This document shows, in pieces, positions 26,415 to 39,901 of a stretch of 64,000 nt of DNA. Each line of letters starts with the position of its first letter. The first letter of the stretch is position 1. Source of the DNA: Felis catus (Eukaryota); the NCBI RefSeq assembly GCF_018350175.1, contig NC_058368.1:4402001-4466000 (forward strand). The letters are read 5' to 3'. The position numbers and the translations under genes are program-made. The notes beneath the pieces are model-generated. The model did no database searches and was not told the DNA's origin. It saw only the letters and a program-made list of their open reading frames with translations.

Positions 26415-26638
26415 GGGGTGCCTGGGTCGCTCAGTCAGTTAAGCATCCGACTTTGGCTCAGGTCATGATCTCACAGTTTGTGAGTCTGAGCCCCTCGTCG
26501 GGCTCTGTGCTGATAGCTCAGAGCCTGGAGCCTGCCTCGGATTCTGTGCCTCCCCCCTCTGTCTACTCCTCCCCCACCCATGCTCTGAGACTCTCTCTCA
26601 AAAATAAAATAAACATTAAAAAAAAAAAGAAAGAAAAG
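26415..26638 (+). mobile_element. CAN SINE inserted into a MIR (~26385-26810)
   Basis: Near-TSD tctgggttca / tctaggttca; MIR core resumes after the tail. Confidence 0.92.
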
Positions 26639-26930
26639 AATATCTAGGTTCAAATCCTAGCACTTCTAGTTGTGTAGCTCTGAGCAAGTAACTTAACCTC
26701 TCTGGCCTGTTTCCTCAAAATGTCAGAGCTTAGTTCAAAAGGTTGAGATGAACATTCAAAGACACCATGGCTGGGATACAGAAGGGCTCATAAAATATCC
26801 GCTATCATTACCACTGTCGTTATAACCGTAACCCAGATAAAAATGGCAGACACAGGCGTATGTAATTATTTCCATAACCTTTATTACCTTTAAATTCCTC
26901 CCTAATTTCAAATTTATATACTCAGTAGCA

Positions 26931-27141
26931 GGGCGCCTGGGTGGCTCAGTCGGTTAAGCGTCCGACTTCAGCTCAGGTCACAATCTCATGGTCCGTGAGT
27001 TCGAGCCCCGCGTCGGGCTCTGTGCTGACAGCTCAGAGCCTGGAGCCTGTTTCAGATTCTGTGTCTCCCTCTCTCTCTGCCCTTCCCCCGTTCATGCTCT
27101 GTCTCTGTCTCAAAAATAAATAAAAATATTAAAAAAAAATT
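26931..27141 (+). mobile_element. CAN SINE
   Basis: TSD tttatatactcagtagc. Confidence 0.95.
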
Positions 27142-27295
27142 TTTTATATACTCAGTAGCTACTGTTAATGTCTTCTAAATGCTAGGGAAGTACAACACTG
27201 AAATGTGTTCTAAATGTTAGGGAAGGAGAAAGGTGAGATGTAGAGCGCACAGTGACACAAAAGAACTGTCAGTCCCTTCCAGAGAAATGAGTTTA

Positions 27296-27514
<219 letters not shown>

Positions 27515-28418
27515 TCATCTCAAACTAGATTCCGTTTTCTCCTCCTCTCTCAGAGGATTTTGATCTGGGGATTCTGTCAGGAGAGGACACCTCCTTGTTC
27601 GAGCCCTTCATCCAGACCGCCAGCGCCCTACGCCACGGCCACCAAACCCCGCTCTTCAGACTGTCCACAACCTCCCCATACACTTGGGGGTAAGCTCTGG
27701 CTGGACAGCGTTAGACCTCCATCTCACGACGCGCATTTATGCCCCCAAATGTTAACCCCTGAATCCAGACACGACAAAAGCTGGCTCCTGGCTTCAGCTG
27801 AAGACCAGTCATGTCATTTATGCCCCTCCCTCCAACTGGGCCTATAAAAGACGCACGGCCTGTGGAGAACTCGACAGATGGCCTCCAGCTCGCCTCGTCC
27901 GCCTTGTCACAACTTGAGGGTTCTGCCACGGGGAACCTCAGCTTTACGCCTCCCAACCTTCTCCTTGCATTTTGTCCTTTCACTCCTGTTACCAGTTTTT
28001 CTTTTACTCTATCTCCGCACTTGACCGGCCTCCGCCACTCTGTGAAGGACGCACTCCACAAACAGGTAGTTCGGGGCGGTGATGAAGCGTGCTCCTACCC
28101 GACCCTTTCGCTTCCGTCACCGCGCCTATCTCCCGGAAGGCAGCCGGGAGCCCCTGAGGTGGCGTCCTTCTCTCCACATACAGGGAAGGGAGCAAGTGTG
28201 GGACGCACATGGGCAGGAAGTCAAACGGCCTAACAACACAGAGCCTTTCTGACAGACAGATAAGTCAATACTGCCTCGTAATCTTAAAAAGAGGAAAAAA
28301 TAAACATACTCACGTCTCAAATACAGTGGGCCCTACCTGGAGAGGGGTGGACGCCAGGCTCGAAATTATTATCAAAGAAGTCAAACCAGAGCACGGGAGA
28401 AAAATCAATATATTATGC

Positions 28419-28422
<4 letters not shown>

Positions 28423-28484
<62 letters not shown>
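28423..28484. repeat. (TA)31 microsatellite
   Basis: Perfect TA run. Confidence 0.98.
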
Positions 28485-28487
<3 letters not shown>

Positions 28488-28892
28488 GCTCCCACAAGAT
28501 GGGAAGGGGGTTGGGGAAAAAAGTACAAGTGACAGAGGCCGTGGATTCTGGAATTAACCGAAAGCGACACCGAGCAGTGCAGGAACGTGGAAAGTAATGA
28601 CAAATGTCCCTTGAACCAGAATCTGTCAACATAAGAAGGCTCAACGTTCCAACAAGTCCCTACGCTTCGCAGCTCTGTGTCTATCGATCCGAGGCAACAA
28701 CCGATTTTAGAGAAAACTGGTGCTCTGTGCAGTGTCCCAAGTCAGAAGTGGTGATCTGGATTTTCTGGTGAAACGGAAATAAGGGGAGACAGGCTCCGCG
28801 AGGGCACGGCTCACTTGAACGAGAAACTGCCAGAAGCTCCCTACCAGGCCCGAGAGACACGCGGGGCGACCCCACACGATCCGCACGCTTAC

Positions 28893-29046
28893 CAGTTTGC
28901 GGACGCCCTCGCACCACACCTCTCCTTTCGCGGGCTGCTCGGCATACAACGTGATCCCTAACAGTCTGCCAAACAAAGTGTTGAGGCCTTCCATGCACGC
29001 TCCAAGGGAGAAAAATGGACAATACAAACTGGGCTCGATGTTGTAC
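28893..29046 (-). CDS. MIPEP: MIPEP coding exon (probable exon 11), 154 nt: [51 protein letters not shown]
   Basis: tttcag|GTACAAC...AAACTG|gtaagc; overlaps ORF 28707..29027; phase 2-0. Confidence 0.97.
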
Positions 29047-29176
29047 CTGAAAGAAAGAAAAGAGGTTCAATGGTATTTTTGTTTACTGCAGTTTCTTAGG
29101 GTAAATCCAGGGAACTCTCCATGTAAAACCTAGGATCATGGCAGCTAGAAAAACGGGATTGAAAACAGAAAGGTAG

Positions 29177-29178
<2 letters not shown>

Positions 29179-29228
<50 letters not shown>
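29179..29228. repeat. (AC)25 microsatellite
   Basis: Perfect AC run next to a SINE tail. Confidence 0.97.
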
Positions 29229-29229
<1 letters not shown>

Positions 29230-29232
<3 letters not shown>

Positions 29233-29430
29233 TTTTTAATTTGAGAGAGAAAGGGTGCAAGCAGGGGACAGGAGTGGGGGGCAGAGAGAGAGAGAGAGAG
29301 AGAATGAATCCCACACAGGCTCACGCTCGGCATGGAGCCCAACGCGGGACCTGATCCCATGACTCTGGGATCATGACCTGAACCGAAATCAAGAGTTGGA
29401 CACTCAACCAACCGAGCCACCAAGGCTCCC
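29230..29430 (-). mobile_element. CAN SINE (older)
   Basis: Reverse head; direct repeat cagaaaggta on both sides. Confidence 0.9.
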
Positions 29431-29542
29431 TCAGAAAGGTATATTTCTATATCTTTTGAGGGATTTTCAGAAGGAAGGCAGTCTAGTTATTCTTAGTAGT
29501 AAAAGTAGTAAGTAGTAATTCTTAGCATTAAGAATAATTTTA

Positions 29543-29749
29543 GGAGTGCCCGGGGGGCTCAGTCGGTTAAGCTTCCGACTTCGGCTCAGGTCATGATCTC
29601 GCACTCCGTGGGTCCGAGCCCCACATCGGGCTCTGTGCCGACAGCTCGGAGCCTGGAGCCTGCTTTGGATTCTGTGTCTCCCTCTCTCTCTGCCCCTCCC
29701 CCGCTCACACTCGTCTCTCTCTCTCTCAAAAATAAACTTTAAAAAAAAA
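29543..29749 (+). mobile_element. CAN SINE
   Basis: TSD taattttag. Confidence 0.93.
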
Positions 29750-30334
29750 GTAATTTTAGTAATGGGCAATTAAGGTAGACACACCATTCTGCAATCTTCA
29801 TCCTTTTCAGGTTATTTACTTTCACTGACTTAACTAAGCAATCTATCTCAATTACCCACATTATACACATTCCTTTATGTACACCTACAGACAAATCTGA
29901 CCAGTCTGAGCTATAATGGTAAAGTTCCCGTTACAAAATATGGCATATTCTAAAAGTTTGTGACTTATATCGAATAAATAGCAAACAAACCCAAGACCTG
30001 AGGCATACTGAATGAATTTAAATTTCACCGCTAGTAGAATATTTGTTAGTGGAAAAAAACCTCTGTAACATATATAATCAGATCTTAACTGTTTTACTAT
30101 TATACACCTTAAACGAAGCACAATATACTGGCAAGCATAGTTATTATTCTTCACTCGAAAATGACTTTTTATGTCCTCTTCCAACATAAAGCAAAGCACA
30201 CCAGGATACGTGATGCAAATGTCCATTTCTGAGTCATTCAGCCAGGCCAAACTTGACGACCACAGCTAGAAAGAATGGTCCAGAACAAGAAGAGGTGCTT
30301 GTCCTGTGTCCCCTCCGTGGAGTTAACAAAATGT

Positions 30335-30490
30335 GTACTTATGGTGACAGAAGGTAGCTGGAGTTGTGATGAGCATAGCATAACTTGTCAAATCACTATG
30401 CTGTGCCCCGAAACTACCCGAGCTCTTGCGTGTCAACTGCACTTCAATAAAAAATAATTAAAATAAAAACATTAAAATAAAATAAAAACA
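30335..30490 (+). mobile_element. L1 3' terminal fragment
   Basis: gtgatgagcatagcata...aatcactatgctgtgccccgaaact...gtcaactgcacttcaataaaaaa and A-rich tail. Confidence 0.75.
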
Positions 30491-32094
30491 TTACATGGAA
30501 AACAGACGCAAACTTACGCTTACTACTAAATGGGGGCTTGGATTTAGTGAGCAAGTGTAAATTATACCACAGGAGAGATTTGGGCTTCAGAAATCCACAA
30601 ATATACAACATAGTTCCTGATCGATTTTTCATAAAAATAAACTCTCGCTGGTGAAAGGTACGTCGACAGCCTAGTGCCCTCGCTCACTGATTCACACGCT
30701 TGTGCAGGCTGCCGAGACAGCTGCCGGATGCTGGAGGTAAGGAATGGGGGGCGGGGGGGTGCCTGTAAGGAGCTCACTGTGAAGGAGGCAGACAGGTGGA
30801 GGGACCACCCTGGTCTTCCCGGCCTGGAGCAGCACAGAGTAGGTGCCAGAGGTACTGCGGGAGGGCTGAGTGAACGACCCGGACAGCGGAACAGCAAGAG
30901 GGGTGATGACTTCACTTGGGGAGGGCAGCATAGAGACAGGAAGGGGTCGCAGAAAGGAATTCAGAAACTGGAGTCTGCTGGCTGGGGTGCGGATGGGGAA
31001 TAAGGGCAGGGTCGAGTAATAAAGAAATTCCAGGGAGAAGCCACAGTATGAAGTCACGAAACAACCTGGTAACTTCTACACCAGGTGGCTAATCAGGAGC
31101 GAGTTCAGGATGCTGGGGATAAACGGGAAGAGAGAGGGAGGCACACGTGGGCAGGGTCCAGAGAACTGAGGGCCTCACGCGTAAACCTGAGCGGTTGGGA
31201 TCTTACGTTGTACGCACAGGGTCCCTCCACCTTTTATCACGTACCCCAATCGCTAAAAGAAGTTCTGAGTATTCAACCTTGATATATGTATATTTGTAAA
31301 TCACATGCGCGTGCTGTGGTTCTACTACATTCCAAGACAAAAAAAGATCCATTCTTACAAGCTGAAATAAAGAAAAATAAATCTAAACAGAATTTCTAGT
31401 GCTGTATGTCCATACTCTCAGTGAACTGTTTACAGGTTGGGAAACGGGAGACTGCCTCTGCAGGCAACAGAGAGGCAATGCGATGCTTTCTGGAACACTG
31501 CAAGGTGGACACCGTGGCGGGAGGAATGCAGGAGCGGTAGAGAGAAAAGACGGTAAAACTAGGGTCCGAATATAAGCAAAAGCGGCGGGGCAAGGATGAA
31601 GAGGCAGTTTTCAATTTGTTTTTGCTGGGCTATGAAAATGTTCGGGGCTGTGTGAGCGAGAAAGGAAGGTCTAGAATGACACACAGGGTGCTGGCGTGAG
31701 GAGATGCATGGATGGGATGGCAGGGTCACGAATCAGAGCACCAGGCACAAAGAAAGAAAGAAGGGAGCGTGGGTAGGTTTGTGGGAGAAGAAAGGAGGGC
31801 GGGGTGCAGTCGGGGGAGAAGGATGATGGATTCGCGGAGAGCAAATTCAATTCTGGAGACACTGACTGGGAAGTGCCCATAAGATGTCAGATGCTCAGGA
31901 TGTTGAAACTGGGACTTGCTCGGGTGTCAGAGCTGTGGGAGAAGACCCGTCACTGGGGAAGGGGCCCAGCAGCGGATCTTCCAGATGAAGAGACGCAAAG
32001 GAAGACAGAGAAGAAAAGTCAGAGCTGCCAGGGCACTGAAAGAAGGGACATCATGGAAACAGGGGAGAAAATGTGTAGTAAAAGCAGGAAATAA

Positions 32095-33665
32095 CGGAGG
32101 TTTCCGGTGTCCGGTCCGGCAGTTAAGGAGCCCGGAAGGCATCGCTCCATCGAAAGACAAGAAAAATGCTCAACCAACTAAACATCAACAGCTCTTCTTG
32201 TGTCCAGCAGAGAATTGAGGTCACAGAACAAACTGCCGCCCCCCAAATTATAAAGGTGCTTGTCTGCTACAGAGAATCACAGTTCAGAGAACTCTCCAGT
32301 ATATATAGACTAGCACCAAGGAGGAAAATTTAAACTACAATTGACAAATTGCTGGAGGCTCAGTGTGGACAAATCGGAGAATTCAAAACTCTAGGGAGGC
32401 TCAGTTTAAGGGAGGATCCCCACACTTTTATGAGTTTTTACCTCTGGGGGCCCTACCAGGTTCTCACAAGATGGAGAAAAATTCTCCCAATGCTTCCAGC
32501 AGGGGGGAATAAAAAATTGGCATTTTGAAACACACCAGGGCACTGTGTTATTCTTAATAAGGCTGGCCTCAAAAGAAACGATCTTACCAGAGCCTAACTT
32601 ACCTAGAAGAAAAGAGATATCCAACCCAATCCCCCTGTCTCATGAAAGCAGAAAAGGGGAACTGAACAGCACTTGTGAAAGTCAGAGCCCAGGGGCACAG
32701 GCTCCATAACAGACTGAGACCCGATCACAGGACTACAGAAGGCATCCGCTCCCCCACACCCTCACCACCAGGGCAAGTGGGGATCCTGCAAAATAACAGG
32801 AGAATACAACTGAAAAACTGCACATCTCACACCTTATTAAGTAGAAGTCTCCAGGGAAACCCAAACACAACATGGGAGACAGAAAAGGAAACAAAGAAAA
32901 GAAAACGTTTGGCCTCTGCTACCGCAGCCACTATAAAAGCAAACAAAGCCTAACTAACTCGTAGACAGTGAGTAAATCATACCCAACTTTCTGCAAACAA
33001 TTTCAAGTCACGATCAAAGACGAAGGCTACAGCCTGAAGAAACAGAACAAACGTTCAGGTACATTGGAAACATCAGAATAACCAGATTGAGAATTCAGAA
33101 CGGCGATGATTGACATGCCAAGGGGTCGAGGGAAATACACAAGATTCACGGGTCGTGTAAACAGCCAGAGGGAAGCCCTAAAAAAGAATCAAGAGGAGGG
33201 GCGCCTGGGTGGCTCAGTCGGTTGGGCGGCCGACTTCGGCTCAGGTCACGATCTCGCGGTCCGTGAGTTCGAGCCCCGCGTCGGGCTCTGTGCTGACTGC
33301 TCAGAGCCTGGAGCCCGTTTCGGATTCTGTGTCTCCCTCTCTCTCTCTGACCCTCCCCTGTTCATACTCCGTCTCTCTCTGTCTCAAAAATAAATAAACG
33401 TTAAAAAAATTAAAAAAAAAAAAAGAATCAAGAGGAGACGCTAGAGACACATAACGACGTAACACAGAAGAAGGCAGCTTCTGTCCTGCTCGTCGGGAGA
33501 CTGGGCATGGCCGAGGAAGCCATCCGTGAGCTTGGAGAAAGGTCAATAAAAACCTCCAAGGGTATGACACAAAGAGAAAAAGGATGAAGAAGACGAGAAG
33601 ACCCAAAGAGTTGTGGGACAGTTACAAAAGAGGTAATGTACGTGTAATAGGAACTAGAGAAGAGC
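32095..33665 (+). mobile_element. Old L1 5'UTR/ORF1 fragment
   Basis: Old-L1 5' sequence (aacatcaacagctcttcttg...gagaattgaggtcacag) followed by ORF1-like A-rich coiled-coil remnants. Confidence 0.65.
33198..33418 (+). mobile_element. CAN SINE
   Basis: TSD aaaaaagaatcaagagga. Confidence 0.95.
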
Positions 33666-34198
33666 CCGCTTTCAAGCCTTAGAAGGGAGCGGAGCCAGGA
33701 TAAGGGCAGGCCTACGTTTGCTGCGCTAATGAGGCAGGGCCCTTCCTGCCATTCCACAGGTTGTCGGCTTTTCCTGCTCTGGCCCACGGGACCGTGAAGA
33801 ACCCATGGCTGTGTGTGGGCTGCCGCGACGGGTGTCTGGCTCCTTTCATCTGGTTCTGCCCTCGCTGTCCACACAGCGCTCCCCTCTCTGTGATTCTGTC
33901 CTCTGGACTGAAGGGCCTTGGCCTCCATGGCCTCCCGGCTCTAATTAGGGGCTCTGCCAGGGAGACCAGCACGACCCTTGCCGACCCCGCGGCTCGTCTA
34001 CAATTTGGAAGTTCCTCCAAAAAGGGAGCTGGGGCCCCTGCAGGGGTCACCTGTTTGTCTTCCCTCTTTCAGGGAACGCGGGCTGACATCCGAGCGTCGC
34101 TGCCTCATACTTTTGATCAGACTGTGTTTAGTCGTGCAGGCAGGAGGTAAATTTGGCTCCTGTTACTCAAGGTAGGGCAGAAGTCTCCTTGTATTTGA

Positions 34199-34386
34199 GG
34201 GCGCCTGGGTGGCTCAGGGGGTTGAACGTCTGACTCTCGATCTTGGCTCACAGTTCGTGAGATCGAGCCCCGTGTCAGGCTCCAAGCTGTCGGCGCGGAT
34301 TCTCTCTCTCTCTCCTCTCTGCCCCTCCCCCTACTCGTGCTCTCGCTCTCTCAAAACAAATACTTTTTAACAAAAAAGAAAAAAAA
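34199..34386 (+). mobile_element. CAN SINE (older)
   Basis: Near-TSD agaagtctccttgtatttga / agaagtctccttacatttga. Confidence 0.9.
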
Positions 34387-35119
34387 GAAGTCTCCTTACA
34401 TTTGAATTTTAGGACAGTTGATGTTCAAAAGGGAACACGAAACGTATACCTTCTCAGGGGGTGAGAAAAGGGAAGTAATCAGGAACGCCAAGGCTATTGC
34501 TATGCCCATCCAGTGGAGGGACTCCACAGCCGTCCCGGGCAGTACTGTGGGGAACCGGAACACAGAACTAAGATCGTCTAAAGAACAGAAGTGACCTTAG
34601 GACCCAGAGGAACCGGCTGGGTCTGGGAAAACACACAAACTGGAGGAGCGGGGCTCCAGAAAATGCTTCTGAGCAGCACGGGCAAACCAGAAGAACACGA
34701 GACGTAGAAGCAAAGGGAAGTGGGGGACGGCACCGCCATAAACTCCCTGCTCTGCCCGCCGCGCCTCTGGGGGCCCCGCCTCGACGTGACTTTGGATAGA
34801 ACGGGAGTGCCTTTTTCTAGAACGTGTGAGAGTTTTACCACGTGTGGTGGGGTGTATTTTTAAAGTTCGGGCGGTGAGGAAAAGAATTTCTGTATCTAGA
34901 AAGAGGAGAGGGTACTAAGAGCACCAGGTTGGAACCAGAAGGCCTGAGTCTGAAGCGTCACCCTATGCCGCTTGCCAAGTGACCCTAAGTGGATTACTTC
35001 CTTTACACTGTCTCAGTTTGGTCACCTGTGAAGACGGATCGGACCACACCGACTTCACGTGGCGTGGAGGTTTCAGACGAGGTAACCCACGAAGCGAAGA
35101 GACCAAACATTCAGTAAGT

Positions 35120-35430
35120 GTCACCAAGCTGATGAGGAGGGAGAACGGAGGAGGCACCCACCCGCGCCCTGTCTGCTGATCACAGAGACCCTCTTCCGTA
35201 CAGGAGACACTTGGCCACGCTGCAGCTGCGGCGACCACGCACGCACCCTGCCGTGGCGGCCACACGCGCCGGGCCTCGGCCTGGCCAACCTCAGCACTCC
35301 GAGAGCCCTGGTGGCAAACGCTTCCAAACTCGGCCCCGAGATTTCTCAGTTACGTGAGTCACCAATCCGTCTTCTGTGTCCGTTAGCTTGAACTGGGTTT
35401 CCATCAGCAGTAACTGAGAGGCTCCTAATG
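35120..35430 (+). mobile_element. MaLR LTR relic (MLT1-like)
   Basis: 3' end tttctcagttacgtgagtcaccaat...ttagcttgaactgggtttcc...aactgagaggctcctaat. Confidence 0.6.
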
Positions 35431-35795
35431 TAGTAGCCACCGTCTGAACTTAATGGCTTTGGAAAAGAGCTCTTATAGGCCATACAGCCCAGATGTTCAC
35501 ATCGGGCGGAGCGTCCCAAGGGCTGTGGCTAACTGGAAGGTTATTTGAGGGCTGGCACCACTAGCTCAAAACGTCACTTGTCTGGCTGAACAAAAGAAAT
35601 ATGAAAATGGAACTTAGTTTTATGGAAAATAAAGGAGTCGCTTATGTGTGATGATACTGAATCAATCTAGACTGACCTTAAAGAAAAAAATCAAAAGGTC
35701 AAGTGCGAACCACAGACAGAACACGAATAAACAGAAATAAAAATTAACCACACAGCACTCTAAACTAGAAAATCTGATTTAAAAACATAATTCAT

Positions 35796-36010
35796 GGGGC
35801 GCCGGGTGGCTCAGTCGGTTGGGTGTCTGACTTCAGTTCAGGTCATGATCTCAGGGTTTGTGACTTCGAGCCCCGCGTCGGGCTCTGTGCCGACAGCTCG
35901 GAGCCTGGAGCCTGCTTCGGATCCTGTATCTCCCTCTCTCTCTGCCCCTCTGCTGCTCATGCTCTCTCCGTCTCTCCCCAAAATAAACAAACATTGAAAA
36001 AAAATTTTTT
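35796..36010 (+). mobile_element. CAN SINE
   Basis: TSD aacataattca. Confidence 0.94.
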
Positions 36011-39000
36011 TAACATAATTCACGTTTTGATTGCCTGAAAATAAAAATAAATACAAAAACAAAATTAAAAAAAAAAAAAAAGAGAGAGGATTCTGGGACG
36101 ATGCCAAGCAGGAAGCACCAGCGATCGGTCTTCCCACCTAGACCACAAGTGCACTCGTAGAATGTGTCTGATGTAGCTATTTTGGAGCTCTGGAGTCTGT
36201 GGAAGGCATTCAGCTCCCAGGGGAAGGCCCGCAGTGCAAACTGGTCACTTTGAGCTCCCAGCACGGCAGCGCCTACCTACTCCCCATCCACAGCCACAGG
36301 GCGGACAGCTGCACACCTGCTCCTGGAGCAGCTTGTACACACGGCTCGTGGGGTTAGGGTGGGCAAAAAGGACTCTGTCCCCCAAACGGCGGGGATCTGT
36401 GCTCTGAGGGCTGATTGCTGCCTCTGATCCCAGAGGTGCGGACAGGCAGACAGCCACTGTCGTACCTCCCCCCTGCCCTACTGTTGCAAGCCTCCCCCTC
36501 CAGCTCAGGTGACTTCCAGGAGATATAAAGGACTCACACTTTTTTTCCTCTTTCATTTTTCACTTTTCCCCTCCTCAGAACCAGATATCAAAGAGTGGGA
36601 CATTCAGAAGCAACTGCACGTATGAGGAAAATTGGAAAGTATCTGCACATGTCCCCAGAAAGGCTCAAAACAGACCTGAGAAAACATTAAGTTTACACCT
36701 CAGGCTGATCCCCAGCAGAGAAACGGACTACAACAAGCGAAGCCACAAAAACAATATACTAAAATTATAATTAAAAAGCCAGCAAACACTAGAGAAGTTT
36801 TCAACAACAAAAAAGTATCACAAGGCATACAAAGAAATAGGAAAGTGTGGCCTATGCAGAGGAAAGAAATAATTCAAATTCATCGTCTCTGAAAAAGACT
36901 GAATGGCAGATATACTAGACAAAGACTTTAAAGCAGCTGTCTTAAAGATGCTCAAAAGCTAAAGAAAGATGTGAAGAAAGTCAAGAAAACAGTGTGTGAA
37001 CAAAATTAAAATATCAATAAAGAGACAGGAAAACCTAAAGTGAAACCAAAAAGAAATTCTAAAGCTGAAAGGCACAATAACTGAACTGAAGAATTCACTG
37101 AAGGGAAGCAACGGCAGATTTGAGCAGGCAGAAGAAAGAAACAGTGACATGAAGACAGGAGAATGAAAATTATAGAGGCTGATGAACAGAAAGAAAAAGG
37201 AGTGAAGTAGAGAGAGCCTAGAGACCAATGGAAAACCATAAAAAGGACCAGCATACAAATCATGGGAGTCCCAGCAGGAGAAGATAGAAAAGGGCAGAGA
37301 AAACATTTGAAGAAATAATGGCCGATAAGTTCCCAAATCTTAAGAAAGACAGGAATATAAATATCCAAGAAGCTCGAAAAACTCCAAGAAAAATGAATTC
37401 AGACACCCGAGCCAAAACAAATAATAATCAGACTTTCAAAAGCCAAAGATGAAGGATGAATCTTAAAAGCAGCAACAAAAGCAAATCATCACATACAAGG
37501 TATATTCAATAAGATTTTCCGCATATTTCTCATCAGACACTTTGGGAGGCCAGCCGATATATTCAAAGTGCTAAAATAAAAATACTCAATCAAGAGTCCT
37601 ATATCTGGCAAAACTATCTTTTAAAAGTGAGGGAGAAATCAAGACATTCCCAGATAAACAAAAGCTGAGGAAGTTCAAGACTACTAGACCTGCCCAGCAA
37701 AAAAATGATCAAGGTGAAATTTAAGGACACTAGACAGTAACTGAAACCATATGAAGACATAAAGATCTCAATTAAGGTAAATGCATGAGAAGTTACAAAA
37801 GCTAGTATTATTGTAACAATGGTTTGTAACCGTATTTTCTGTTTTCTACAGGACCTAAGAGACCAACCGATACATTTAAATTTTAAAAAAATCATTAATG
37901 TAAAATCTAATATTACTGTAACTTTGGTTTGTAACTCTAAATCTTTGAGTTTCTACATAAATGAGGAGACTAATGCAGTTGAAAGAATTGTTGGTTTATG
38001 TTGTTGGGCACACATGTGTAAAGATGTAATTCTGTGACATCAACCACTGAAGGGAGTAGGGACAGAGCTGTGCAGGACACTTTTCATATGTTATTGAAGT
38101 TAAACTGCTGTAAGTTAAAATTAAAATGTTATAATTTTAGGATGGTAAATATAATCCTCATGGCAACCATAAGGAAAATAACTATAGAATATACACAAAA
38201 GAAAATTACAAAGGAATATAGACATTTCATTATAAAAAAAAAATCAACTGAACACAAAAAAAGACAGAAATGAGGAAAATGAAGAAATAAAAGTCTATAA
38301 GCGACAGAGAAAACAAATAGCACAATGACAGAAATAAGTCCTTTCTGATCAGTACTTGAAATGTAAATTGATTAAACTCTCCAATCAGAAGACAGAGATT
38401 GGCAGAATGGATAAAAACACATGATCCAACTAAATGCTGTCTATAAGAGACTCACTTGAGATTCAAAGACGAATGGGTTGAAAGTAAAAGGACAGAAACA
38501 CATAGTCCATGGAAATAGTAACCAAAAGGGAACAGAAGTGGTTATGCTAATATGAGACTAAATAGACTTTAGATCCAAAGATATTAGAAGAGAAGGAAGG
38601 CACAATGCGTCAAAGGTTCAACAGAGCAAGAAGATACAACAATTAAAAACATGTACACAATGACAGGCCATCAAAATATATGAAGCAGAAATGGAGAGAG
38701 CTGCAGGGAGAAACAGACAGTTCTACAATAACAGAGACTTCAAAACCCCACTTACAATAATGGATACAACAAGACAGAAGACAAATAAGGAAACAGAAGA
38801 CTTAACACCATAAACCAACTAGATCTAATAGTTATATACAGAACACTCCATCCAATAACAGCAGCACATGGGACATTTTTACAGGATGCACCATATGTTA
38901 AGCCACAAATTAAATCACAATAGATTTTAAAAGACAGATATCATACAGAGCATCTTCTCAGGTCACAACGAGATGACGTGAGAAAACATGAAAAATTAAA

Positions 39001-39685
39001 ACAATCACAAACTCTGGAAATTAAACAACAAACTTTTAAACAACCAATGGAGAAAGAAGAAATAGCAAAGGAAATTAGAAAATACCTAGAGATAAATGAA
39101 AATAAAAACACAACATACCAAAACTTTTGTGAGACGTCAAAAGTGGTGCTAAGGGGGAGATTTATAGCTATAAATGCTTACATTTAAAAGAGAGAGAGAT
39201 CTCAAATCAGCAACATAAATTTACAACTTAAGGAATTAGAAAAAAGAAAAACTAATCCCAAAGCTAGCAGAAGGAAAGAAATAAAGATTAGAGATAAATG
39301 AAATAGAGAACAGAAAAACAGAAAAAAAAAAAAAATCAATGAAACCAAAAGCTGTTCTTTGAAAAGATCAACGAAATTGATAGCCTTTAGCTAGGTGGAC
39401 TAAGGAAAAAAGAGAGAAGACTCAAATTACTAAAATCAGATACGAAAGTGGGGGCATTCCTGCCAATTCTACAGAAATAAAATTATGAGAGCACTATGGA
39501 CAATTATACACCGAAAAAACTGGATATTCCTAGAAACACAAAAGTTACCAGACTAAATCATGAAGAAATCAATAAACTGAACAGACCTATAAACAGTAAG
39601 GAGATTGAATCAGAAATCACAAATCTTTTAATAAAGAACCCTGGACCAGATGGTTTCACTAATGAGTTTTCAAGAACTAACACCA

Positions 39686-39901
39686 GGGGCACCTGGGTGG
39701 CTCAGTTGGTTAAGCATCTAGCTTCAGCTCAGGTCATGATCTTGTAGTTGTGAGTTTGAGCCCCACGTTGGGCTCTGTGCTGACAGCTCAGAGCCTCGAG
39801 TCTGCTTCAGATCCTGTGTCTCCCTGTCTCTTCGTACCCCTCCCCCTCTCATGCTCTCTCAAAAACGAATAAACATTAAAATTTTTTTTAAATAAATAAT
39901 A
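39686..39901 (+). mobile_element. CAN SINE within L1
   Basis: TSD aagaactaaca. Confidence 0.94.
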
